NCBI GenBank assembly: GCA_032718475.1
Contig: JAUCBJ010007342.1
Location: 1-64,000, forward strand
Source: Nemertoderma westbladi
Taxonomy: Eukaryota > Animalia > Xenacoelomorpha
Reading direction: 5' to 3'
DNA length: 64,000 nucleotides
Shown here in pieces: positions 1-12,790 of this stretch; within the stretch, counting starts at the first letter, position 1, and every line of letters begins with the position of its first letter. Made by a program: the position numbers and the translations under genes. A model generated the notes under the pieces. The model made no database searches. It worked only from the letters and a program-made list of their open reading frames with translations, and had not been told where the DNA came from.

Positions 1-1330
1 AATTCCGTTTTGTCCGGGTTCAGTTTCAAATGAGAATCATTAAATATTTTTTGAATTTTCTGAACATTCGACTCTAACAATTTTGTAGCTTGTTCTGGAT
101 CTGAGTCAGCCACATAAATAACTGTATCATCAGCATACTGTATAATTGAAACATTTGTCAGTTGTTCTGGAATGTTATTGGTATATAGCATAAATAATAG
201 AGGCCCTAAAATGGTACCTTGGGGAACGCCCCTTGTTTCAGTTAGCCAATCAGAAAAAGTATTTTCTACTTTAACACGTTGCTTCCTTTTCAATAGGTAA
301 TTTTGTATGAGGTTCAGTGCAGTCGAGTGGAAGCCTAAATGTTTGAGTCTGTGATTCAAAATGTCATGATTTATAGAGTTGAAAGCTTTGCTTAGGTCTA
401 AAAATGCGGCTGCGACAAATTTGTTGTCATTCAAATGTTGACGCCAATTCTCAGTTAAGTAAGTAACAGCATCAACAGTAGAAAATCCTTTTCGGAAACC
501 AAATTGTTTTGGGTATAAAAGCTTATTATCTTTGACATATTCAAGTATTTGAGAACACATAATTTTTTCAACAACTTTGGCAAAAGGAGACGTTATTGCA
601 ACTGGTCTGTAGTTCGCAGCATCAAATAGATCACCTTTTTTATAAATTGGGGAAATATTCGACAATTTTAGATGGTCTGGGAATAAAGATTTCGTCAAAC
701 ATTGAATTATTAGAAAATGCAACGACCCCGAAATGTGAGATCGAATTTCCCTTATTATTTTTGTAGGTATTTTACAAGGTCCAGAGGACTTATTTTCATT
801 TAATTGATCAATTCTATTTCATTCATGGCATTTGATAATTGTTTTCTGTTAGTTATTAAAATACCTCTGTATTTGTTACAGTTAATGGAGGCACTTTTGA
901 TTTTATTATTTATAATTTTATTAATTATTTTCCACCTTGATTTGCTGTCCCTGGCACTCAGATATTTATTTTTTACGAAATTATTCTTTAGTTTATTGTT
1001 CAGATTATTAAACTTATTTCGCATTAATTTGTATGCTTTGTAATCGTTATCACTTTTTGTACGGCGCCAAAGTGCAAATTTTTTATATTTATTGGTTTTT
1101 AACTCATTAAGTTCATCTGTTGCCCAGTCATCTCTCATCATATTTTTATTAGGAATGAATAGTTTACGTTTCATAGGGGCATATTTATTCAGTATTTCCA
1201 CTATCTGATTTTCAAAAATCTCAAATTGTTTATTGATATCATCCTCAAGATAAAAATCATTCCAGATAATATTCTCAATTTCATTTAAAAAGGCACCTTT
1301 GTTAAAATCAGTAAAATTCCTATACTCAAT
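1..1330 (-). pseudogene. CR1/L2-group LINE ORF2 fragment (reverse transcriptase), disrupted near 800 and running off the window start
   Basis: Manual minus-strand translation gives KSSGPCKIP, PIYKKGDLFDAANYRPV, FLDLSKAF, GVPQGTILGPLLF and QYADDT. ORF 800-1201 is the EN-RT linker (DWATDEL...WKIIN) and is out of frame with the RT part. Confidence 0.85.
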
Positions 1331-1359
1331 CCACTCGTTCCACTCAATCCACTAAGTAG

Positions 1360-3393
1360 CCATTATACTTAGTCGCACTAATGTAGATCAATGGAGACAT
1401 TGCCCTGGGACGATTAATCCAGCTGACATCGCCTACAGAGGAGCAACTCCTCAAGAACTGATAGATACTCCAGACTGGTTAGGTGGACCCGACTTCCTAA
1501 GTAAAGAAGAGGATGAATGGCCTCCTCATCTCACCACGGCTGAGATTAGACAAGCCAAGGGAGCGGAGAAAGTCAAACCTAAAACCCGGACGAGTAAATC
1601 AAAGTTATTCAAACCCGTGATAGATATGTCTGTACTACACATTTCCGGGGACGACGCTGTGGATCTAAACTCCCCTTCAACAAATAAATCCGTTGTAGAA
1701 ATCAGAGAAAGAGACTGGAAATCTGGAACACCAGACGTCTCACAGGGACTCTCACCTCTCCTGCAGAGAGCGATAAATCACTATAGTTTTCACTATATTT
1801 AATCGGCTTTGTAAGGCCGTCGTGTATTTGAAGCGATGCTTCCATCATCACTACTCCAGGATGAAGATCATTAGTGATACTGCTCCAATCACATCAGCGC
1901 AGGTTCATGCTATTAAAGATCTTCCCATGTACAAGGTGCCAGATAGGTTTCTGACGGAGAAGATCAGTTATCAAGAGCATGAAGAAACCAATAAGCAGAT
2001 ACTGAGACTCCTGCAATGCTATGAAGATTCCGATAAGTATTTCCTGTTGTTGAGAAATCCACAGACGCGCTTAAGGGATCGTTTCTCTAGCACAATGATA
2101 GATGGGTTAATACGTGTTGGAGGGAGACTAACTAATGCTCCATTGTCATTTAACACTAAATTTCCCATACTCATTAGAAATCCTGAAATACAAATCAAGA
2201 TGATTGTAGATGTTCACAGTAAGCTTTACCATGATGGTAGAGAACGAGTTCTTAGCGAAATTCGAACTCGCTATTATTTTCATAAACCCCGTAGAGCTCT
2301 GAACCACGTTCTTAGGAACTGTATACCCTGTAGGAAAGTATTCAGTAGGCCTTTAACACAGCGAGAGGCAGAATTACCTAGGGAAAGAGTAAGTTTCTAT
2401 GAACCACCCTTTACTAATACCGGTGTGGATTTATTTGGCCCTATAGAAGTATATCGTGCTAGGACTATAGTCAAGCGATGGTATGTCATCTTTGTCTGTA
2501 AGACTTGTAGAGCGATCCATCTAGATATGGTGAACGATCTATCTACCAACAGCTTCATACTGAGCTTACGCCGACAGATCGCTCGCTTTGGTACTAGCAA
2601 CACGATGAGATCTGATAAGGGAACAAACTTTATTGGCGCCAATAATGAGATCAAAGCTTACGTTAGGGATTGGAACCAAAGACAGGTGGACGATCAGCTA
2701 AGGGTAACAGCATCTAGCTGGACCTTCAACGCCGCCGACGCCCCTTGGTGGGGAGGAAGTTGGGAGAGATTGATAAGGAGCGTGAAGACCGCATTTCACT
2801 TTATAGTGCCTTGCCGCGCGTATCTCACCGACGAACTTTTGCGGACGTTAATGGAGGAAATCGCCGCCTATCTTAACGAGAGACCGCTTATGCCAGTCTC
2901 ATCGAGTCCCGACTCCCTAGAAGCGCTAACACCCGCGCATTTCCTACTGAAGAAACCTGTAGCCATGCTCCCATGATCGGAAATCACGGACGGAGACGAA
3001 TACTGCCGACAAACTTGGCAACTTATGCAGTTATTATCCCATCATTTCGCTGACCATTTCAAAAAACATTATCTGCCTACGCTACAACTTCAAACCAAGT
3101 GGTTTGTGCAGCAAGAAAACGTCAGCGCCGGAGACATGGTCCTTATTGTGGAATCAGATCTTCCACGTAAGCGGTGGCAGACAGGTCGTATCATCGAGAC
3201 TCATCTATCCGATGATGGTTTAGTGCAATCGGTAGAACTCGTCATCATGCGACGTAACTTTAATAAACCTGGAATTGTATTCGAAACACAGAAACTCAAT
3301 CGCCCAATTGGTCGTTTATGTTTACTGGAAAGAGACAGAGAACTATCCGGAACTTCCCTAATCCAACAAACATCTAGGGACTCCCCAACGTAA
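1360..3393 (+). pseudogene. BEL/Pao pol C-terminus (end of RNase H, HHCC zinc finger, DDE integrase, C-terminal DUF5641-like region), with a frameshift near 1802 and an in-frame TGA at 2974-2976
   Basis: GLIRVGGRL, HSKLYH...CIPC, PPFTNTGVDLFGP, RAIHLD, SDKGTNF, PWWGGSWERLIRSVK, LTPAHFL, YLPTLQLQTKW, GRIIETH. Confidence 0.92.
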
Positions 3394-5107
3394 CCGCGTC
3401 TGGAGTGGGTGTGTGACTATATTATTTTATATTTGTTTTAATATTTTTATATTTATGTATGTATTATTATGTAATTTTATTATAATCGTTTTCTTTAATT
3501 TTATTTAGTAGAATGTTATTTTAGCGATTATTTAGTAGATTAGTGCAATATATATATTCGTGTTTATTACTTAATTACTTATATTATATATTTAGTGCAA
3601 TGGCGAGAAATAATTATTTTTATCTTTCCTTACTGTCTGTATCATATTATAAATGCGAGACTACAGTAAGATGAAATGTCCGTACTTATTAAAGTACAAT
3701 AAAGCTCCTACTATATTCAAGTATTATTGGTAAGTAGAGTATTAGGAATGCAAAGTTCAGATCCTCGTGTCTCGGCTAAACCAAGCTCTGGGTAGACCTT
3801 GGAAACGACTTGCCTCTTCTCACTGACATTGCTCCTTGCAATATTGCTCTCATACCGTATATTAAATAATACATATAGTAGCGTGATGTCCCTTTAACAG
3901 TAGCGTGAAATGCAAAATAAATCTGTTAAACCCTTTGACCATCTGTAATTCTAGTCGATTAAGATATCGCGGCACCCACCGATATACTTGAAAGACAAAT
4001 TTCTAGAATCAGTGGTTAACGTCCCCAGACAAGTTCTGGAATAATTCGGTGCCCATCTTGAATATTAATTATTTAATATTTACAAAATCTGTTAAAACAA
4101 ATGTTACAATAGCGTAAATGCTAAGAAATTAACTCTAGAAAATCTATAAATCAAAATCTGTTACAATTTAGATCCTCTAAAATTCTAGTCGATTAAAATA
4201 TCGTAGCACTTACCGATACTCTTAAAAGGACAAATTTCCTAGAATTAAGGATCCTAGTCCCGAGACATGCTCTGGAATAAAATTGTGTCTATTTTAGTGT
4301 TAAATAATAAAATTTACAGGAATAATTTTAAATTCATATCCTCTCATGAATTTGATAAATTGTCATTTTATACAATTTATAACATTCCCAAAATTCCATT
4401 AATTAATAGATCATGGGAGCAGAGATTCACCCTATTAAGTATATTAGTGTGCGAGAATCTCCAATATCTAGTCAATAGCCGATAAAATTCATAAAATCAT
4501 GTATAAAGGGGAATATTGACAATTAAAGAATTACTATTAAATAGCATCCCAGATCTGTATGCATGAGAATTACCCTAATTCTACTGCTAGCTTCCCATAA
4601 TGTCACCATAGCAACAACCATGCTAGAATTAGAAGCGAGTTAAAAGAACAATGGAAAGCTTGCCCCATTGAATAGCATATGGAATAAATAGCACACTGCT
4701 AGTATCCAGGGATACATAATAATAACGTGGCATTCTGGAAGGCAATTGACTAAGGGACAAATGGCCCGAATGTGTACAATTTGTGACAGTTGTGTTGAAT
4801 TTGTGCGTTTATAGGTGAATGTTACTACTAAAGTGTGTTTACAGTAGCGAGTTGCAGTTGTGAAAGTAGCCCTACCTCTGTAGCAATAACCTGAAGTAAA
4901 TCTAAGCCCTTGGGACGGACAGTGGCTCGAGTGACTCGCGCTGGTTGTTGTTGTCGTTGTGTAGCTACTACGTTGGCGAGAGGCACAGCGACGACAGTAC
5001 ATCAGCGCTGAGGATCTTGCGCTGTCCGGGGGCATTGAAGGGTAGGCAGCGAAGACCGCTAGCCTAAATATAATTAATTATAATATCGATAAACTCATAC
5101 AGCCGCT

Positions 5108-6434
5108 ATGACTGAGTTGAAAGAAGATGATCTTGGAATCAGGGAGCGATATACCCTACCATTGCAAGCATTTGTTGATAGTTTAATACGTGGTGACAGT
5201 AGTCAACCCGCTACGGAGGACAATGGCCGTTATATCAAACTGCCAATGTCAAAGGAACAGCACAAGCGTGAATTGGACTATAGAAAATTCACCACTCGCT
5301 ATACGCATCATAATGGTACGTATATGGACTTCTTAACTACTGGTCATCCTATCGATGTACACGATACGGACAATGTAGACACCGAAAGGGAAATAATCCT
5401 ATTTAAATATCATACCCAGCGGAGTCGGAACTAAAAAACTGAAGTCGAACACGAAAAATTATATTCGAAATCGACTCGAAAGAGAAGATGTTAAAGAACC
5501 GGATAAACGCAGTGACTTCAACGTATATTTGGAATTCTTGAGAGAAACATTGTAAAACTGGTGAAATATCACCCGCGTTTCCCCTACAAGACGTGCGTCT
5601 TTGGTATTATTACGATAAATGCCCTAGACCCAACCAACACATGGAAAGACATAAACATCCGCGGAGACGTTGCGTTAAACACAGTTTTACTCGCTATATT
5701 TATGGGAGTTTCGAGCGAAACTTGTTCGACGTATCACCTACGCTCGCTGGACTCAAAAGATCTTTAAATAAACCTATGATCAGAGTTCCAGAATACTCGG
5801 TCAGATCTCCTCATTCCCTGGTGAGACCTCAGACTCTTGATCCTAATAGTATCACGGATCCTCCTGAACTATACTCACTATTCAAAGATCTAGTATTACC
5901 CGAACAATTAATTGGTGGCACTCCGGTAGTGGGCTCTCTAGATATCCGCCCATCCTACCTAGCCGGATTGGGACGTGGACATTTAATATCATCCTGGTTT
6001 AACCCAATACAACCCGACACCGAGGTAGAGGAGAGCGTTGTACGAAACGCGTTAGACGCTATTCGACAAAAGATCGGAAAAGGAACCTACAATTGTTTAG
6101 ATAAACATAAATTGCAGCAGCAAGTCCAAGCGGTAAAATAATTAGCTTCACCTCAGTTCGATCGGGAAATCCAGAATCTCGAAGAAGATATCGAACTTGG
6201 ACGACCCTACTCTCTGCAAGAGTTTTGGACGAATGCTTTCAACGACAAGCAGAGGAAAATCAGCTTGAGGAGAAGCATATCAATTCCGATAGAGCCCGAG
6301 AACGCGAGTTGGAAAGAATCATCAAACCGAAGAAATTTCTCACTACTCACGGTCAACCTACCGCTCTCGTGCACACGACCCGTCAGGGACCAGTAAGAGC
6401 TGCTGTCTTGAAACGCGCTCTAAAGGTTGTTTGA
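5108..6434 (+). pseudogene. Fragmented accessory ORF of the first BEL element, apparently homologous to the N-terminus of the 27047-30745 ORF
   Basis: ORF pieces 5108-5434, 5593-6141 and 6225-6434. Collinear motif matches: NGRY/NGKY, TTRY/RTRY, IDVHD..EREI/LDVCD..DEEI, RCVKHSFTRY/RCPAHQFLRY, PMIRV/PMISI, TLDP/TLDP, LYSLFKDL/LYQAYKDL. Confidence 0.65.
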
Positions 6435-6719
6435 CCTCGTTCTACGGAGGTTGATATCGATCAACCGGGTACCTCGACCTGCGGATACACCGACCGTAAC
6501 CCTAAACCTTCTGATGCAATTGTATTGCACCTCTTACCCAGGAGTTATAGCCCTCCTAGTAAAGTGGCTCGCCCCTAAGAGAAAAGGACTCTTGCTAGCC
6601 TCAAAAAACTGCGTAAATGCCGTTCACGTAAGAAGGACTAACTGTTTAGAGTATTTTTATATTTTAGAAACTGTGATTTTTTATATTTTAAAGAATTAAA
6701 TCCCATTTTCTGGGAGCGG

Positions 6720-7260
6720 TGTAAAAGCTTTTGCGGACATAACTAGTCATTTTTCCCGCAATGTACCGTATAGGTGCTTTAGCGGACATAACAAGCAATT
6801 TTTCCGCAATGTGCATAATACTCTAAAAAGATTGTAGCTCAGATGACGAAATCTGTCAGCTGATTTCATGTACACGTGGAACCTCTCTTTGTTCTGCTCA
6901 GCCAATCAGAGCGATTTTCACTTTATTCCTCAAGGGCCTATGTAAAACCGCGCAATGCATTACGGTCTTTGTTTACCTTTCTTAGCCTAAGAACCGGCTT
7001 GGAAATCTTCTGTACTTCTGTTGTAGAAGTTTCAGACTTTGGCCAAAACATTAGATGGCTTTGATTACAAGAACGTAAATCTATTATCTGCTGGCACTGC
7101 TGGCCACTTGCCACCTGGATACACTAACTGAGCAACACCAACTGTAATCAACACTGCAATTATACAGTATGCATTACGTTCACCGCATTATTTTACTTCT
7201 GTTTACTGTCTGTTATTAATTGTTGTATATTGATGGATATTTTGTTATATTTGGAGAACA
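6720..7260 (+). repeat. Candidate 3' LTR of the first BEL element (TGT...ACA, about 541 bp)
   Basis: Starts with TGT directly after the purine tract GGGAGCGG and ends in AACA just before the minisatellite. No partner LTR in the window, so the 3' end is uncertain. Confidence 0.5.
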
Positions 7261-7271
7261 CCGATAAATTG

Positions 7272-7548
7272 ACGCTACTCCTACCTGCTACCCGAAGGTA
7301 GGGGTGGGCGCTACTCCTATCTGCTACCCGAAGGTAGGGCTAGGTGCTACACATATCTGCTACCGAGGGTAGGGGTGGGCGCTACTCCTATCTGCTACCC
7401 GAAGGTAGGGGTGGGCGCTACTCCTATCTGCTACCCGAAGGTAGGGGTGGGCGCTACTCCTATCTGCTACCCGAAGGTAGGGGTGAGCGCTACTCCTATC
7501 TGCTACCCGAAGGTAGGGGTGGGTGCTACACATATCTGCTACCGAGGT
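7272..7548. repeat. 33-bp minisatellite (GGGCGCTACTCCTATCTGCTACCCGAAGGTAGGGGT-type), about 8 copies; reverse complement of the arrays at 52653-53798 and 62006-63646
   Basis: Directly visible tandem units. Confidence 0.95.
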
Positions 7549-8120
7549 TAATATGATATCTAAAGTAATAAATAAAAAGTAAATAAATACTGCAATAATG
7601 GTGATAGTAGTTGTAGTGATACTGTAGTAATAGTGGCAACTGCTAATACTGCAAATTAATTTACTGTACCTTTAAATTACTTAATAATTTTTCAATAAAT
7701 ATGAACAATAATTAATATACATTAAAATGAACCATTTAATATGGATAAATACTATCAAAAATAACATTGGTAGCGAAGTAAGTCTGTCGATTAATGTTTA
7801 TATCTTGGTAAACCTACAGTTTAGTAAAGTGGTGCCATAAAAGTGGTACAATTGTAAAGTGTAGGCAAAGGGACGACATGTGCAGTTATCATTCATGATA
7901 TTGTAAAAGTAGCATCCACTAGAGAGTTCTCCTAAACAAGTGGGCGGCGGCGGCCTCTAGTTGTCATGACGTATAATATATAAATATTGTCATGATAAAG
8001 TTTCCCGCATGACAAATATAGTAAACGACTTCAGCCAATATAATTAATTATAGAAAACATATAACAATTAATTAATTAACATTTCAATAAAACATCAATT
8101 ACATAACTAAGGTAGCCCGG

Positions 8121-8441
8121 TTTGTATCATTGGAGGTGTCTCATTGGTTCCCCCAAGTTTGATACTAGAATCAAGCCTCCTCCACTTTGCAGGACATTGC
8201 TTTCGCCGTGAGGACCTGCCAGTGCATAATCTTGTGATATGGCAGCCTCATAGAGTGAATAAACATGGTGGACAGCCCATGACTTTCTTGAGGCGCATCT
8301 TAAAGGACACTGGCCTTGACGATGGGGGGTGATAAATCAAATGTCATGTGTGATAGGGAGTTGTGGTGGCGCAATTTTGTCGACAAGCCGGCACAGCATT
8401 CTTAAAAATGCAGCTGCAATGCAGCCTGCCGATACTAGTAA
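8121..8441 (+). mobile_element. 5'-truncated RTE LINE 3' end (second RTE family)
   Basis: Encodes LHFAGHCFR...LVIWQP...GGQP. 13-bp TSD TAAGGTAGCCCGG at 8108-8120 and 8442-8454. Empty site in the inverted copy at about 50091-50110. Confidence 0.88.
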
Positions 8442-8545
8442 TAAGGTAGCCCGGCACGGTTAATTATATAGTATAATTTTTGTTTTCCAACTTTAAGGCC
8501 CACGCAAATTCGAAATGTCAAGCTACTACAACTCACTGCAAAGCC

Positions 8546-10437
8546 TACGGAGCCCCTAAAGGGAGATGGGTTCCCCTTTTTTTTCTAAGTCCGGCCCGGA
8601 GATACTAAGTCTGGCCCGGAGATACTAAGTCTGGCCCAGAGATACTAAGTCTGGCCCGGAGATACTAAGTCCGGTCCGGAGATACTAAGTCCGGCATGGA
8701 GATACTAAGTCCGGCCCAGAGATACTATCTAAGGCCCTGAGATACTAAGTCCGGCCCGGTGATACTATCTCATTCCGCACTGAGATACTAAGTCCGGCTG
8801 GAGATACTAAGTCTGGCCTGGATATACTTTCTCAGGCTCGGAGATACTATGTCCGGCCTGGAGATACTAAGTCCGGCCTGGAGATACTATCTCAGGCCCT
8901 GAAATACTAAGTCCAGCCCGGAGATACTAAGTCCGGCTCGGAGATACTAAGTCCGTCCTGGAGATACTATCTCAGGCCCTGAAATACTAAGTCCAGCCCG
9001 GAGATACTATCTCATGCCCTGAGATACTAAGTCCGGCTGGAGATACTAAGTCTGGCCTGGAGATACTTTCTCGGGCCCTGAGATACTAAGTCAGGCCCGG
9101 AGATACTAAGTCTGGCCTGGAGATACTATCTCAGGCCCTGAAATTCTAAGTCCAGCCCGGAGATACTATGTCCGGCCTGAAGATACTATCTCAGGCCCTG
9201 AAATACTAAGTCCAGCCTGGAGATACTATCTCATGCCCTGAGATACTAAGTCCGGCCCGGAGATACTAAGTCCGGCCTGGAAATACGATCTCAGGCCCTG
9301 AAATACTAAGAGATGGTCTTCAGCAGGGCATGTTGATAAAATAATTTTATGTAATTTCTGTACTGAAATTTCGCAAATCTCACCAAACAGCCCCCTCCCC
9401 GCATATTATCTTTCATTCTTACTCCTACTTACTCAATATTTTCTCTGTTGCTCTTACCACTTTACTACCGAACTCTCAACCCCCCTCCCCCATCCCACAT
9501 CCTTATCCCGCAGGGCCCAGTGGAAATTTAAGTTTAATTAGCATGGTTTACCGCCATGAATGTACAGTAGATAGTATACTATAGAAGATAATTTCAGGTA
9601 CGAATATATGTGTACCTTAGGCGATCTTGTCATGATCGTGTTACGATCTTAGTAGATTGTCTTTGAATCATAGCAAGATCTATGTAGATAAGCAACTATG
9701 TTGTTATTTCGCAAACACTTAACTATTAATTGACTCATGGGTTAGGACTCATGTGTAGAAGATAAATTAAAATACCTAAAAATTGTCACTTACCGGTTCA
9801 AGTCTTTAACGATCTTGCCAAGATCATGTCATGATATTGACAGAATTATAATGCATTAAGATTTTTGCAGGTACACCACGGTCATAGCATGATCATCCAA
9901 GATCTTTGCAGATTCAAAAAGTTGCTAGTCTAGAGCCACCCCACCCCAGTTTGCCAGTCCCACTTATTACTCAAATTGAATTTCCCTCCAGGCCAGAGAT
10001 ACTATCTCAGGGACTGAGATAGTATCTCCGGGCCGGACAGTATCTCAAGGCCTGAGATAGTATCTCCGGGCCTCAGATAGTATCTCAGGGCCGGACTTAG
10101 TATAGCAGGGCCTGAGATAGTATCTCCGGGCCTGACTTAGATTCTCCGGGCCGGACTTAGTATAGCAGGGCCTGAGATAGTATCTCCGGGCCTGACTTAG
10201 ATTCTCCGGGCCGGACTTAGTATCTCCGGACCGGACTTAGTATCTCCGGGCCGGACTTATTATCTCTGGCCCAGACTTAGTATCTCCGGGCCGGACTTAT
10301 TATCTCTGGCCCAGACTTAGTATCTCTGGGCCGGACTTAGTATCCCCGGGCCTGAGATAGTATCTCCGGGGCGGACTTAGTATCTCTGGGCCAGATTTAA
10401 AAAAAGGGGGAAACCCATGCCCTTTAGGGGCTCCGTA
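8546..10437. mobile_element. Non-autonomous TIR (foldback-type) DNA transposon, IS3EU-like
   Basis: TIR TACGGAGCCCCTAAAGGG.../...CCCTTTAGGGGCTCCGTA. 6-bp TSD AAAGCC/AAAACC, supported by the empty site at about 49995-50010. Inverted subterminal arrays of a 20-bp unit (CTAAGTCCGGCCCGGAGATA) at 8585-9310 and about 9995-10395. Confidence 0.8.
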
Positions 10438-10557
10438 AAAACCACTATCTATATATTTATATTAGGCCTACATATTTTGTTACATGGAGCTTGGATTTAT
10501 TACTGTTTACTTTGAATTGGAACTAGGCAGTTTAATTTGTAACTGGGTGCTCATATT

Positions 10558-11470
10558 TGTGGGATTATTTTACTGTTAAGTAAGATATCTACAGTACTAT
10601 GTAAAAACTTTCTAAATCCAACGTATTTTGCCTTGATTTGTAGTTGTTGTAATTTGCCTATTACCTACAATAGTTATAATTTCACTTGGGATTCTATTGG
10701 CGCAGTGATCGAGAAGGTTAAGGTCTCGGGTTACATTCTAAATAGGTCAGGGGTTCGAATCTGGGTCGGTAAATTTTTTATTTTGGGCTATTATATTTTC
10801 GGTTTCATTAATTTAGATAAGCCAGGGGTGCGCGTACAACACGTATCGCAGGGCACTTAATAATTTATTGCTCCAATGTGCATTCGTAGAATGTTGTAGA
10901 ATGTTCTAGTTGATTCCATGCTTAGGATTTGCTATATAAGGGGCTGTTTGCCATTCGGTTATCACTAATACTTATTACTTACTATACTAATACTTATTAA
11001 CTTACACTTTACTTGCTTAGTTCACTTCAGTTAACTTAGCTTATTTAGTCTTACTTTAGTTTAATTCGCCTTTGTGATTTTGTATAGAAAATTTGAGAAG
11101 TCTTGTAATTACATTAAAATATACTGCAAACTCTTAGACATACTAGTTTTGACGTATCTATCTTGAGACAGCCAAACGCTTCGGGGGAATGGCTGCCTAG
11201 ACCGTTAGGCTTCAGCAACACAAGGAGGAAAGATGTCCACGACGCATTAGGGAGCCCACATTATCTTCGCCCACGCCCGTTAGAGAGTATGCCTCACTGC
11301 CTGAGAACGCCCTCATCAGAGGAAGGTAAGACTTTGTTTGACGCCCTTGCCCACAGTAAGACCTTAGATCAGGGTAAAGCGTGACGCCGTCCTGGGACGC
11401 CATAAAATTTAGGATCAAATATCTCAGATATTCAGACAGGAAAAAAACCGGTCAACCTGTATCTCCTACA
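10558..11470 (+). repeat. Possible LTR-like remnant
   Basis: Begins with TGT where homology to 49882 ends. TATATAA at about 10934, ATTAAA at about 11113, ACA at 11468-11470. No TSD or partner found. Confidence 0.25.
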
Positions 11471-12790
11471 GGTGCGAGCTGTTGCTGTTCGTGAGTAAGC
11501 GCAAGTACACTTAGGTGCGAATAGCACGCTCTATAATTTGGTGATTTACAGTACTGACAGTACAGTACCAGTTAGCTTTGTAGAGGCCTTATAGATTGAC
11601 CGACCTGTCTGATTCCAAAGTATTTACTATCGGCACACGTTTGGCTTAGGGAGGTTTACTAACAATCCTACCGCGTCTTTGCCACGTACTGATAGGTATT
11701 TACTGCTAACCACAGCAGTAACAAAATTCTAGAATCAAATTTATATACCAGATCAGCTATATGTACGGTAGTAAATTAACACCTATTTTCTTATCTCACA
11801 ATCAGAATCTGGTATTAGTGCCGATCACGGGTGTAGTTACTAACACCGTAATTGCCCGGTTGAGTTGTGAATGAAGGAGGAGAGAGCCCTTTTGACGTCA
11901 GTTTGTAAGTATTGCGCCTACAGCGTGCGACTAGCTTATTCGAGTAGCCGATCACCAAAACCTAGTATAACGGCGATACACCAAAATTGTTTTATACACA
12001 CACACACACACACATACGGGTTAACAATGGATTCTGTGGACAAGCTCACAACCAAGGGATCTGTGGACGTACTTATTTATTAAATATCTAGAGATCTATC
12101 TAATGAAAATCCTTCAAATTAGCTTCCTAATAAGTAATGGGAAATGTTTGCTTTTAACATTTAAAATTTTTCCAATATTTCAAAAATCATTTTTTTACAT
12201 TCACTGTGCGGACATTGCTTTTGGTGACATCATAATTATGTGTGTTGTGCCTCAGTGTGTTTAGTGATGTCCACAAACCCCAACTGGGGTCAAGACACAT
12301 ACGAAAATTAATGTCCACTCTCCACAACTAGTGTAACACATACAGTATATGGGAAAGGAAACTGAAATGCTTTGTTTTTATGCAACTTCATGGGTGTGAT
12401 TCTAGTATTTGGATTACTTGGTCTGGTCAGTCCATAGAGATAATGTTCTATTATTGTTTTTATACAATCGTGAATAATTATTGTAAAAGTTAATATTTCC
12501 CTATTAGTTACCTAAGGACTATTTGTGGTACAAGTTTCCTTAGTTTACTCAGTTACTATAACAATGGGTTATCATTTAGTCGATAGCGATAGCGCTGAAC
12601 AATCCCGCCTGTAAAGCAATGCATACAAGTTAGCATGTAGCAATTTGTTTTGAAAATACTTGCAGTCTCAAGAAATATACCGTAATACTGCCATCACTGC
12701 TCAAGATATTCTTTTTTTCTGCGGGAAGACTAATTAATTTTAGGTTGTATATAAATATATACCAATATATATATAAGTATATAAATATAC

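Larger units (their letters stand above)
1360..7260 (+). mobile_element. 5'-truncated, decayed BEL/Pao LTR retrotransposon: pol C-terminus, spacer, accessory-ORF relic, PPT and candidate 3' LTR
   Basis: QWRHCPGTINPAD at about 1388 followed by integrase motifs. GGAGCGG|TGT at 6713-6722 matches the PPT/LTR junction of the intact element at about 26557-26566 (minus). Confidence 0.7.

Noticed and set aside
4640-5035. 131-aa minus-strand ORF in the BEL spacer
   Set aside because: Low complexity, with no recognisable domain and no counterpart in the intact element.
8585-10395. CRISPR-like appearance of the short repeat arrays (also 21497-21640 and the 33-mer arrays)
   Set aside because: Head-to-tail tandem units without unique spacers, no cas genes, eukaryotic context.
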